Part shown: in pieces, positions 56,164 to 64,000 of the stretch
How positions within the stretch are numbered: position 1 is the first letter of the stretch
Layout of the letters: every line of letters starts with the position of its first letter
Origin: an uncultured Candidatus Saccharibacteria bacterium
Lineage (GTDB): Bacteria; Patescibacteriota; Minisyncoccia; Phycocordibacterales; CAIZLB01
Assembly (NCBI GenBank): GCA_964467385.1
Contig: CAYXQC010000002.1
Span: 65,625 to 129,624 of the forward strand
Direction of reading: 5' to 3'
Length of the DNA stretch: 64,000 nt
Position numbers and translations under genes: made by a program
The notes under the pieces: generated by a model
Database searches by the model: none
Seen by the model: the letters and a program-made list of their open reading frames with translations, nothing else
Told to the model about the DNA's origin: nothing

Positions 56164-56973
56164 ATGAAAATTCTCTCAATAAAAGATAAAGAAATTGTTA
56201 TTTTTACAGACGGTTCATCAAGAGGAAATCCTGGTCCGGGCGGTTTTGGTGCAATAGCGATTTATCCAAATGCTTATGGTGAAATATGTGTGGACGAACT
56301 TGGCGGCGGAGAACTTTCTACTACTAATAACCGCATGGAACTAGCCGCGGTTATTGCTGGCCTGAAGAATTTTGAAAATTATTATCAAAATCTAGGTGAA
56401 TATACTTTCATCTTGTATATCGACTCTGCCTACGTTATGAATAGTGCTGAAAAATGGTTAAGTGGCTGGAAGAAAAAGGGTTGGGTTACCGCAGGTAAGG
56501 AAGATGTGAAAAACAGAGATATGTGGGAAGAATATGATGCGTTCGTAAGTGCACATAGTCTAAAAATCAAATGGAACTTACTTAAAGGTCATTCTGGTAT
56601 TTTCGGTAATGAACGATGTGACGTTATCGCAACATCTTTTGCTGATCAGAAGCCTGTAAAGCTCTACACTGGTACACTAGCCGGATACGAGAGTACGCCG
56701 GAGGGTAGTGATATTTTAAATCTGGCGTCTGGAAACAGTACTGGTGCTGATGATACTAGCACAAGTGGCATGAAGAAAAGTTCAAAAAGTTCTAAAAAAT
56801 CAGGTATGCCAGCATATTCATATGTAAGTATGGTAAATGGAAAAATTTTGACTCATAAAACATGGACAGAATGTGAGTCTGAAGTGAAAGGAAAGAGTAG
56901 TGCAAAGTTCAAAAAAGTATTCTCAAGGACTGAAGAGGATGAACTGATTAAAGAGTTTAAAAATTCTTTATAG
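56164..56973 (+). CDS. rnhA: Ribonuclease HI with a C-terminal hybrid-binding (viroplasmin-like) domain
   Basis: FTDGSSRGNPGPGG, TNNRMEL, DSAYV, GHSG..GNERCD; tail TWTECESEVKGKSSAKFKK. Confidence 0.92.
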   Translation: MKILSIKDKEIVIFTDGSSRGNPGPGGFGAIAIYPNAYGEICVDELGGGELSTTNNRMELAAVIAGLKNFENYYQNLGEYTFILYIDSAYVMNSAEKWLSGWKKKGWVTAGKEDVKNRDMWEEYDAFVSAHSLKIKWNLLKGHSGIFGNERCDVIATSFADQKPVKLYTGTLAGYESTPEGSDILNLASGNSTGADDTSTSGMKKSSKSSKKSGMPAYSYVSMVNGKILTHKTWTECESEVKGKSSAKFKKVFSRTEEDELIKEFKNSL

Positions 56974-57004
56974 AGTCTTAATGTCAAGTTTGTATGATTC
57001 GTGA

Positions 57005-58645
57005 GTGACTGATGCAGATATCGAGAAAACTGAAAAAATAGAAATCACAAGGTTTTTTGTATTTTTTGGATTGATAATGTTGGCGATCTCTGTAATTGCA
57101 GGCCGATATGTTTTAGTGAAAAGACATGACGTAGAGACAAAAAGTTTTTACACAACATACGGAATCAAAGATGATGTCGAATTAGCAAAAAATAAAGTTG
57201 AGATATTTGGAAAAGTCATTTCAGAACCAGAAAATAAGGCTGGGTATCAACGCTTGGTAGTTTCGGTCGTAGCTGGGATTTTTACGGATAGATCTACAAA
57301 TAAATTTGCAGACCAAGAACAGGCATCTCAAATTGAATCAACTGAAAGTAGGAGAATATTTAAAGACACAAAAATTTTGATAAAAAATAAAAACCAGGAT
57401 CAGCAAAATTTTCAATATGCTGATTATGTTCGATTTACTACAAAGTTAAATAGGCCGAAAAATATAACAGGGGAGGATGGTCGGACTTTTGACTACGAAT
57501 CTTATCTTTCTAAAGATGACATATTTTTTGTTGGTGACACGTTTGATATGACGTCCGACATGTCGTCTGGCTATGACACTGTCACAGGTGATCAAAGTGT
57601 AAATTTAAAATCAAAAACACTTCAAGAAAAAATAATCATTGGTTTGTATTCATTTAAGAAAAAATTTATGGAGCATGTTGAGCAAAGTTTACCTCTACCT
57701 CATGCCTATTTGGCGAACGGTTTGGTCATATCCGGAAAAGGGTCACTCAGTAAAATTATTCAAGATCAATTTCAGAAAGTAGGTCTCATACATATTGTAG
57801 TTTTGTCTGGATTTAATATTTCAATTATTGGTGAAAGTATCATTAAAATTTTATCTTTTCTACCAAAAATTTTGAGTGGAATTTTAGGCTCAATCGGAAT
57901 CATCTTGTTTGGCATAATGGCGGGAGGAGGAGCAACTGTATATCGTTCAGTTATCATGGCACTGATTGGAATCTATGCACGAATTTTCGACCGGAAGAAT
58001 TCAGCAATTATGTCACTTTTTTTGGCTGGAACTTTGATGCTTTTAGTTAATCCAAAATTACTATTTGAGGATCCTGGTTTCCAATTAAGCTTCATGGCAA
58101 CATTTGGGCTTATTAGTCTATCAAGTCCAATAGAGAAAATTTTGATGTCTTTTTGGAAATCATTTGCACCCAAAATTGGTTGTAAGGCAGAACCTGGAAA
58201 AATATTGAAAGGTGTTTTTGAATTGATATCCTCGACTCTTGCGACTCAGGTTTCTACGTTACCACTTATTATTCAATTCTCTGGGTTGGCATCCTTTGTA
58301 GCATTACCGGTCAATATGATAGTCCTTCCATTTATCCCCCTCACCATGCTCATGGTGTTTTTTATTGGCGCACTCAGTTTCATAAATCCATGGCTCAGTT
58401 TTATCCCCACCATTGTTTCGTGGTTCCTACTGTCGTATGAATTCATGGTGGTGAAACTCGGGTCAAGTGTTCCGTATGGATTTATAAAACTTGGACCGGT
58501 GTCTAAACAGTGGATCTTTACTCTGTATTTCGTAGTTGTGCTTTTGGTGTCAATAGGAAATCTCGATATTTTTGCAAGAATCATAAAAACTTTAGTTAAA
58601 GTTATCCACAAGTTTGTCAGAAAAAAGCAGTTTTGTGTAACTTGA
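57005..58645 (+). CDS. comEC: ComEC/Rec2 competence channel, membrane part (OB + competence domain)
   Basis: FDYESYL, GLIHIVVLSGFNI, YRSVIM, DPGFQLSF. Confidence 0.92.
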   Translation: MTDADIEKTEKIEITRFFVFFGLIMLAISVIAGRYVLVKRHDVETKSFYTTYGIKDDVELAKNKVEIFGKVISEPENKAGYQRLVVSVVAGIFTDRSTNKFADQEQASQIESTESRRIFKDTKILIKNKNQDQQNFQYADYVRFTTKLNRPKNITGEDGRTFDYESYLSKDDIFFVGDTFDMTSDMSSGYDTVTGDQSVNLKSKTLQEKIIIGLYSFKKKFMEHVEQSLPLPHAYLANGLVISGKGSLSKIIQDQFQKVGLIHIVVLSGFNISIIGESIIKILSFLPKILSGILGSIGIILFGIMAGGGATVYRSVIMALIGIYARIFDRKNSAIMSLFLAGTLMLLVNPKLLFEDPGFQLSFMATFGLISLSSPIEKILMSFWKSFAPKIGCKAEPGKILKGVFELISSTLATQVSTLPLIIQFSGLASFVALPVNMIVLPFIPLTMLMVFFIGALSFINPWLSFIPTIVSWFLLSYEFMVVKLGSSVPYGFIKLGPVSKQWIFTLYFVVVLLVSIGNLDIFARIIKTLVKVIHKFVRKKQFCVT

Positions 58646-58759
58646 AACAAGGCAGTATTGAGGCTGTATTTTCGACTTATCCACAAGATTGCAAAAAAGT
58701 TTTAAAAATTATCCACAAAAAAACACCGAGGCTAGTACTTCCCCGGTGAGTTTTCCACA
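58602..58759 (+). promoter_or_regulatory. Origin-distal DnaA-box cluster
   Basis: TTATCCACA at 58602, 58677 and 58709; TTTTCCACA at 58751; all co-oriented. Confidence 0.75.
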
Positions 58760-58803
58760 AGTTTGTGCGAGTTACTCTGCACAATTCTACATTCGAAAAT
58801 GTG

Positions 58804-59385
58804 CTATGTAACTCGGTTCTCTACCACACTCCAGTTCAAGTTTTTGAAGAATGCTTCAATGTATTTTTTCTTTTCTGATGGTGGAACATCGAGCATATAT
58901 GAGTGTTCCCACATGTCGAGTGCAAGGATGACTTTGAGGGAAGTGAGATGTCCGAGATGCTGTTCGTCGACCCATACATTCAGAAGTTTGTCCGATACGG
59001 GATCGTAATACAGAATCGCCCAACCGATTCCTCGCGTCATCGCGAGCTGTTTGAAAGATGTAACCCATGTTTCAAAAGATCCAAAATCGGCAACGATTTT
59101 CTGAACTAACTTTGAGCTAGAATCGCTGTCTTTTTGACCTCCAATAAATTGCTCAAAATAGTACTCATGATTTCTCATGCCATCAAATTCAAACCCAAAT
59201 CTTCGACGAAGTTCACCGATGGTATATGCATTTTTGTCAGCATCAACTTGAAGCTCTGAAATTTTTTCAAGAATTAAATTCGCGTGCTTCACGTATCCTG
59301 CATACAACTTCATGTGCTCATCGATTGTTCGCTGACTGATATCGACTAATTGCCCGATTTCGAATTTCTGTTCTGTAAAACTCAT
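58804..59385 (-). CDS. Fe/Mn superoxide dismutase family protein
   Basis: EHMKLYAGYV, NHEYYF, DFGSFETW, GIGWA, LDMWEHSY. Confidence 0.92.
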   Translation of the reverse strand: MSFTEQKFEIGQLVDISQRTIDEHMKLYAGYVKHANLILEKISELQVDADKNAYTIGELRRRFGFEFDGMRNHEYYFEQFIGGQKDSDSSSKLVQKIVADFGSFETWVTSFKQLAMTRGIGWAILYYDPVSDKLLNVWVDEQHLGHLTSLKVILALDMWEHSYMLDVPPSEKKKYIEAFFKNLNWSVVENRVT

Positions 59386-59430
59386 AAAGATAATAGATAA
59401 AAATAAGCTAATAATGAATTAATAATACCA

Positions 59431-60627
59431 ATGAAGAATAATGAAAACCAGCCAATAAACCATGTGTCCAATACGACTTATATGACGCGCCAAGTATACC
59501 ATGATGACCAATTTTTTAAATCAGCTTTTTTCTGGGTTTGTGCTTTTACCTTTATTGCTTTTTTGATTAATCTGTTTATATTTTGGTCTGTATTTTTTGA
59601 GTTGTCCGCAAATTTTTTAGAGCAAAATGATTCGGTACAGTTTTACGCACTAAATGTCGGACAAGGTGATGCTTTGTATTTTGAATTTCCGAGCGGTCAA
59701 TCACTACTTATTGATAGTGGAAATAAGGATAAAAAAGTTATCGAAGAATTATCAAAAGTTAAACATATTTTTGATAAAGAAATTGATGTCGTACTTATTA
59801 CACATGCTGATGCGGATCATATTGGTTCTATGGAATCAGTGATTGATAGATTTAGTCCAAAATTATTTTTGCATTCTGGCGTGGCTGGAAAAAGTACAAT
59901 GTATAAGAACTTGATGGGGCGAGCTAATAGTCTTGAAGCGAGTTCTTCATCATCTGCACAAAAAATAAATTTGCAAAATAATATTAAAAGTATTCCACTC
60001 TATGATGGAATGATTATTAGATTTAAAAATTTTATTGAATCTGTAGATTTGCATGGGCCAACGCTTGAAATTTTGCACCCAAATTTTTCGCCAAGGATTG
60101 ATAGATACATTGAGTGCATGAAAGATGTTTCATCTACATCGCCTAAATCACAAAAAAATTCTTCAAAACAAAAAGTAGCAAAAACAAACGCAAAAACAAA
60201 AAAGTGTAATTCTTTGCTTCAATTCGAAACAAACGAATATTCTGTCGTCGCACGACTTGTATACGGATCGAGCTCGATTATGTTAACTGGTGATGCGAGT
60301 GTTGAAAGCGAAAAAGATATTATGCAAAATCATCCACCTGCTGATCTTGCTGCAACTGTACTAAAAGTCGGACACCATGGTTCGAAAACCTCTACCTCTC
60401 AAGGTTTTATTGATTTAGTTCAACCTAAATACGTAGTGGTATCAGTTGGTGAACAAAATAGGTACGGACATCCAAGCCAAGATGTACTTGGTCGTATCAC
60501 TGATTATTTTGGTGGCACATCTCATGGTGAGAGTATGGACGGAATCTATACAGATCGAATACTTAGGACTGATATAGAAAACACCATCCATTTTGTGTTG
60601 GATGGTGTTTTCGCTAAGCGTCGTTAG
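59431..60627 (+). CDS. ComEC-type metallo-beta-lactamase nuclease domain (separate gene)
   Basis: VGQGDA, IDSG, THADADHIG, LTGDA, LKVGHHGSKTS, NRYGHP. Confidence 0.92.
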   Translation: MKNNENQPINHVSNTTYMTRQVYHDDQFFKSAFFWVCAFTFIAFLINLFIFWSVFFELSANFLEQNDSVQFYALNVGQGDALYFEFPSGQSLLIDSGNKDKKVIEELSKVKHIFDKEIDVVLITHADADHIGSMESVIDRFSPKLFLHSGVAGKSTMYKNLMGRANSLEASSSSSAQKINLQNNIKSIPLYDGMIIRFKNFIESVDLHGPTLEILHPNFSPRIDRYIECMKDVSSTSPKSQKNSSKQKVAKTNAKTKKCNSLLQFETNEYSVVARLVYGSSSIMLTGDASVESEKDIMQNHPPADLAATVLKVGHHGSKTSTSQGFIDLVQPKYVVVSVGEQNRYGHPSQDVLGRITDYFGGTSHGESMDGIYTDRILRTDIENTIHFVLDGVFAKRR

Positions 60628-60633
60628 TTTTAC

Positions 60634-60876
60634 TTAGATCAGCCCTGCTTTCTTGAGTGTTGCAAACGCACCATTCTTTTGGATAGTCTTGATCGCCTTT
60701 GTCGAAATAGTCAAAGTTACAAACTTCTTAAGTTCAGGAATGTAAATTCGCTTCTTCTGGAGGTTAGGGTACTTTCGAGTCATGCCAGTTGGGTTAAACT
60801 TAGTCGCACGAGTTCGGTTTGAATAACCGCCTGAAAGTCGAGAACCTTTTTTAGTGATTGCGCATACTTTTGCCAT
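60634..60876 (-). CDS. rpmB: 50S ribosomal protein L28
   Basis: MAKVCAITKK...RKYPNLQKK...ISTKAIKTI. Confidence 0.93.
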   Translation of the reverse strand: MAKVCAITKKGSRLSGGYSNRTRATKFNPTGMTRKYPNLQKKRIYIPELKKFVTLTISTKAIKTIQKNGAFATLKKAGLI

Positions 60877-60924
60877 ATGTTCGATCATGCTATCATATTT
60901 TTTATATTTAGCAAATAAATCAAC

Positions 60925-61530
60925 ATGAGTTCACTCTTCAGTCTAGCTATCCTTATATTGTCTATTGTTATTCATGAGGTTTCCCATGGTTTGGCAGCTT
61001 TATGGCAAGGGGACCGGACAGCGCAGTACCAGGGAAGACTTACTTTAAACCCTATTAAGCATATCGACCCTATTGGTTCGATCATTGTACCTCTTCTTTG
61101 TGCGCTTTTACCTGGAAGTCTTATGTTTGGGTGGGCAAAACCTGTTCCATATAATCCTTATAATCTTAAAAACGGCCGAACAAGCGAGTTTTTAGTGGCT
61201 TTTGCGGGACCACTCTCAAATATCCTCGTAGCTGGTCTTGCTTCTATTGTTCTCAGAGCCTTTGCTGACACTTTGCCGGCAGCAACTATGGCTATTATTG
61301 CCACTTTGGTCCTTATTAACCTTGTCTTGGCTATCTTTAACTTGGTACCTTTGCCACCTCTTGATGGTTCTAAGATACTTAGTAACCTTCTCCCTCACAA
61401 TTTAAGCCATAAATTAGAAGGCTTTTACTCTACATATGGTCTATTTGCCACTCTTATTTTTATCTTCTTTATTTGGCAATATTTTGTGCCAATTGTAGGT
61501 CTTGTCTTCCGACTTTTTGTAGGAGCTTAA
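60925..61530 (+). CDS. Site-2 protease (M50) family protein
   Basis: HEVSH, GRLTLNPIKH, AGPLSN, FNLVPLPPLDG. Confidence 0.95.
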   Translation: MSSLFSLAILILSIVIHEVSHGLAALWQGDRTAQYQGRLTLNPIKHIDPIGSIIVPLLCALLPGSLMFGWAKPVPYNPYNLKNGRTSEFLVAFAGPLSNILVAGLASIVLRAFADTLPAATMAIIATLVLINLVLAIFNLVPLPPLDGSKILSNLLPHNLSHKLEGFYSTYGLFATLIFIFFIWQYFVPIVGLVFRLFVGA

Positions 61531-61714
61531 ATTAGCTCAAGCTCGGTTTGAGGTCGGAGTTCGTCCTAGAATAGCTTGCCTTAATACTATATATATAGTA
61601 ATCTTTTCCCTAAGTGCTTTTTCAAGGCATTTTCTTTTTCGCTGATATTCGTGCGGAACACGGGTCTTTAGCAAAATTGACATTAATTATCAATAACTAA
61701 GTTACAAAAGGCAT

Positions 61715-62131
61715 ATGCCTACACTTAATCAACTTGTAAAACGAAATCGATCTAAGACACGACGAAAGAGCAAAGCGATCGCTTTGACTCGAGGTTTCAA
61801 CGTGCTCAAGAACCGACCGGTTTTCTACAATTCACCATTTAAGAAAGGCGTTTGTACAAAAGTTACAACTAAAACTCCTAAGAAGCCTAACTCAGCGATT
61901 CGAAAGATTGCCCGAGTTCGACTTACAAACGGTATGGAAGTAACAGCGTATATTCCAGGCGAAGGACACAACTTGCAGGAACACTCAGTAGTTATGCTAC
62001 GAGGTGGTCGTGTAAAAGACGTAGGTGTCCGATATACAATTGTACGAGGCGTTCTTGACTGTGCTGGTGTAGAAAAGCGACGAAAGGAACGATCTGCATA
62101 CGGTGCTAAGCGACCAAAAGCAGGTAAGTAA
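61715..62131 (+). CDS. rpsL: 30S ribosomal protein S12
   Basis: [24 protein letters not shown]. Confidence 0.99.
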   Translation: MPTLNQLVKRNRSKTRRKSKAIALTRGFNVLKNRPVFYNSPFKKGVCTKVTTKTPKKPNSAIRKIARVRLTNGMEVTAYIPGEGHNLQEHSVVMLRGGRVKDVGVRYTIVRGVLDCAGVEKRRKERSAYGAKRPKAGK

Positions 62132-62320
62132 ACCCGATAGCTAAAAAGTAAATAATAGTGCGCAAGAAATTGTCCACTAAAATTTACAAAGGATGGTACT
62201 CCTAAATACCAAAGCAGAGTAAGCTATGCATTGAAGCAAACGCTGAAAACATTCTGCGAATTAACAGAAATTTTCCCAGATTAATGAAACTATAAAAAGT
62301 TTCAAATATTACACAAAAAC

Positions 62321-62791
62321 ATGCGAAGAAAAGTAAAAAATCGAAATATCGCAAAAGCTGATCTCAAGTACAACTCTCTTGAAGTTGGAAAGTTCATCAA
62401 CTATTGCATGTGGAGCGGAAAGAAGACTACAGCCATGGCGCTCGTATACCGAGCATTCGACTCTATTGCTGAAAAAGCAAAGACTGAAAATCCTATGGAA
62501 GTATTCAACACTGCTCTCAAAAATACAGCTCCTGCTGTAGAAGTGCGATCACGACGAGTTGGTGGTGCAAACTACCAGGTTCCTCGAGAGGTACGACCTG
62601 AACGACGACAGTATCTTTCAATGAAATGGATCATTGATGCTGCTCGTGGAAAGAAAGGTATGCCTATGCACGAAAAGCTTGCTGATGAACTTATTGCAGC
62701 TTCAAAGAATGATGGTGAAGCTGTACGAAAGAAGGAGAACACACACAAGATGGCAGAAGCCAACAAGGCGTTTGCTCATTTTGCGTGGTAG
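62321..62791 (+). CDS. rpsG: 30S ribosomal protein S7
   Basis: RRVGGANYQVP, HKMAEANKAFAH. Confidence 0.99.
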   Translation: MRRKVKNRNIAKADLKYNSLEVGKFINYCMWSGKKTTAMALVYRAFDSIAEKAKTENPMEVFNTALKNTAPAVEVRSRRVGGANYQVPREVRPERRQYLSMKWIIDAARGKKGMPMHEKLADELIAASKNDGEAVRKKENTHKMAEANKAFAHFAW

Positions 62792-62814
62792 TCTCAAGGT
62801 TATTCAGACCCAAG

Positions 62815-62850
62815 AAACAAAAGATCGTCCGCGAGGGCGGTTTTTTGTTT
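62815..62850 (+). terminator. Intrinsic terminator after rpsG
   Basis: AAACAAAAGATCGTCC-GCGA-GGGCGGTTTTTTGTTT. Confidence 0.8.
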
Positions 62851-62879
62851 GAAAAAATGCTGATATAATCATAGTAGAT

Positions 62880-63107
62880 ATGGACATACGGGAAGACATT
62901 ACTCAGGTTAAGTCTCCATTTGGTTGGTATGGCAAATGGATCGGTGGACTACGTGGTGGGTACGTGGTTTTTCGTGCCAAAGGCGGCGAAGTGTGTCGCA
63001 TTTGGGATGAAAAGCGTGCTGTACAGGTTCTCAAAACAGGTACATGGGAACAAGAGTGGTTGGTCGACGAAGTTTTGAAAAATAAATTTCCGATCAAAAA
63101 TGAATAG
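62880..63107 (+). CDS. Small hypothetical protein
   Basis: 75 aa; extended -10 TGATATAAT 10 nt upstream. Confidence 0.5.
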   Translation: MDIREDITQVKSPFGWYGKWIGGLRGGYVVFRAKGGEVCRIWDEKRAVQVLKTGTWEQEWLVDEVLKNKFPIKNE

Positions 63108-63297
63108 CTGTGACTATATTTTCTAAACTTGCCGTCCTCACAGGGGCGGCAAAAACTTTTCATAAAATTATAATGAGTTGACCCGCTCATTTTTTACTGT
63201 ACGATAGCAAATCGGAGGATACGAGATGCTTGCTCTAGGGTTAACCTAATATCTGCTCACTCGAGCGGGTAGGAGTTGGTGATCGTATTATGTTATT

Positions 63298-63996
63298 TTG
63301 ATCAAAAAAAATTACGAAGCTTCAATCGACTCGTTTGCTCGGCTGTTTCTCCTTTGTTTTTTGACGGTGATTTCTGGCATTCCATTGTCATGCACTCTTC
63401 AGGAAAAGATTAATCATGACCTTGGTGTGACAGCTATCATTCCGGCATCTTCAAAGGAGGTGAGACAACTGCCCTCAATTAGGCCCGTACCGTCGTCGGC
63501 TATCGAAACCAATCCGACGTTGGCAGACGATCCTGCACTTGGAAAGATGTACTTTCTGGTTGAACCTGTACGCACTGAAATAAAGACAGAGTATGTTCAA
63601 GAGAGGATTAGGGGTACTCATGAAGTTCGCACTATTCCGTGGGACACTATGTTTATCTTTGCTGAACTCGAACCTCTGAGTCCGGGTGAGAATTTCAGGT
63701 TCTATGATTCAATATCTTCTGATGGGAACATGTACGAGGCGATTCGCTTGTCGGAGTGGTTTCGCGTTGCACCGTCATCAAAAAATGGCGAAAGGTTTTC
63801 AAAGGCGAATATGTTCATTATTCGTGGTTTCAACCGTAATGGAAAATGCATCTACTACCACGAATGGTCGCCGAAAGAAGAAGTTGTCGATTCAAAATCA
63901 GACATAGGACCGCTCGGTAACATTCAAGGTCTTCAGAAACCTGGATTGCCATCCGGTATTACTGTGCCGAAAATGCGTGAGCCTGTGTTTGAATAG
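63298..63996 (+). CDS. Hypothetical exported protein (possible lipobox)
   Basis: 232 aa; N-terminal hydrophobic stretch ending GIPLSC; start codon uncertain. Confidence 0.5.
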   Translation: MIKKNYEASIDSFARLFLLCFLTVISGIPLSCTLQEKINHDLGVTAIIPASSKEVRQLPSIRPVPSSAIETNPTLADDPALGKMYFLVEPVRTEIKTEYVQERIRGTHEVRTIPWDTMFIFAELEPLSPGENFRFYDSISSDGNMYEAIRLSEWFRVAPSSKNGERFSKANMFIIRGFNRNGKCIYYHEWSPKEEVVDSKSDIGPLGNIQGLQKPGLPSGITVPKMREPVFE

Positions 63997-64000
63997 GTTT

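Noticed and set aside
670-63907. Numerous 60-190 aa antisense or alternate-frame ORFs (e.g. 16113-16583, 26285-26833, 42825-43391, 46507-47040)
   Set aside because: Shadows of well-supported genes with no recognisable motifs
1-64000. Alternative genetic code (TGA=Gly, code 25)
   Set aside because: TGA ends rsmA, pcrA and comEC at expected positions, and genes are intact under code 11

Overview
Origin-proximal chromosomal segment of a Patescibacteria/CPR bacterium, most like Parcubacteria (inferred from gene content, the reduced and divergent proteins, absence of Shine-Dalgarno sites, and standard code 11). The left end holds oriC between dnaA and dnaN, with DnaA boxes and DnaA-trios, followed by rpmH-rnpA-yidC. 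Next is a 13.6-kb, 11-gene type-IV-secretion-like cluster (VirB4, TrsD-like, PrgI/VirB3, VirB6, and a VirB2-type pilin fused to a lytic transglycosylase). No relaxase, coupling protein or integrase flanks it. The rest is housekeeping genes (rsmA, pcrA, xer, xth, cca, rny, clpP, tig, nusA, tpiA, pgk, recJ, rnhA, rpsL, rpsG and others), four tRNAs, a type IV pilus locus and a split comEC. Notable non-coding signals: -10 boxes placed 6-9 nt before start codons on many genes (leaderless mRNAs); about ten parS-like palindromes at 31-34 kb; two DnaA-box clusters outside the origin; a 635-bp intergenic region with operator-like repeats, a promoter, boxA and a structured RNA candidate; and two tandem ~180-bp structured units bounded by tRNA-Gly 3' duplications. 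All calls come from motif recognition by eye; no database searches were run.
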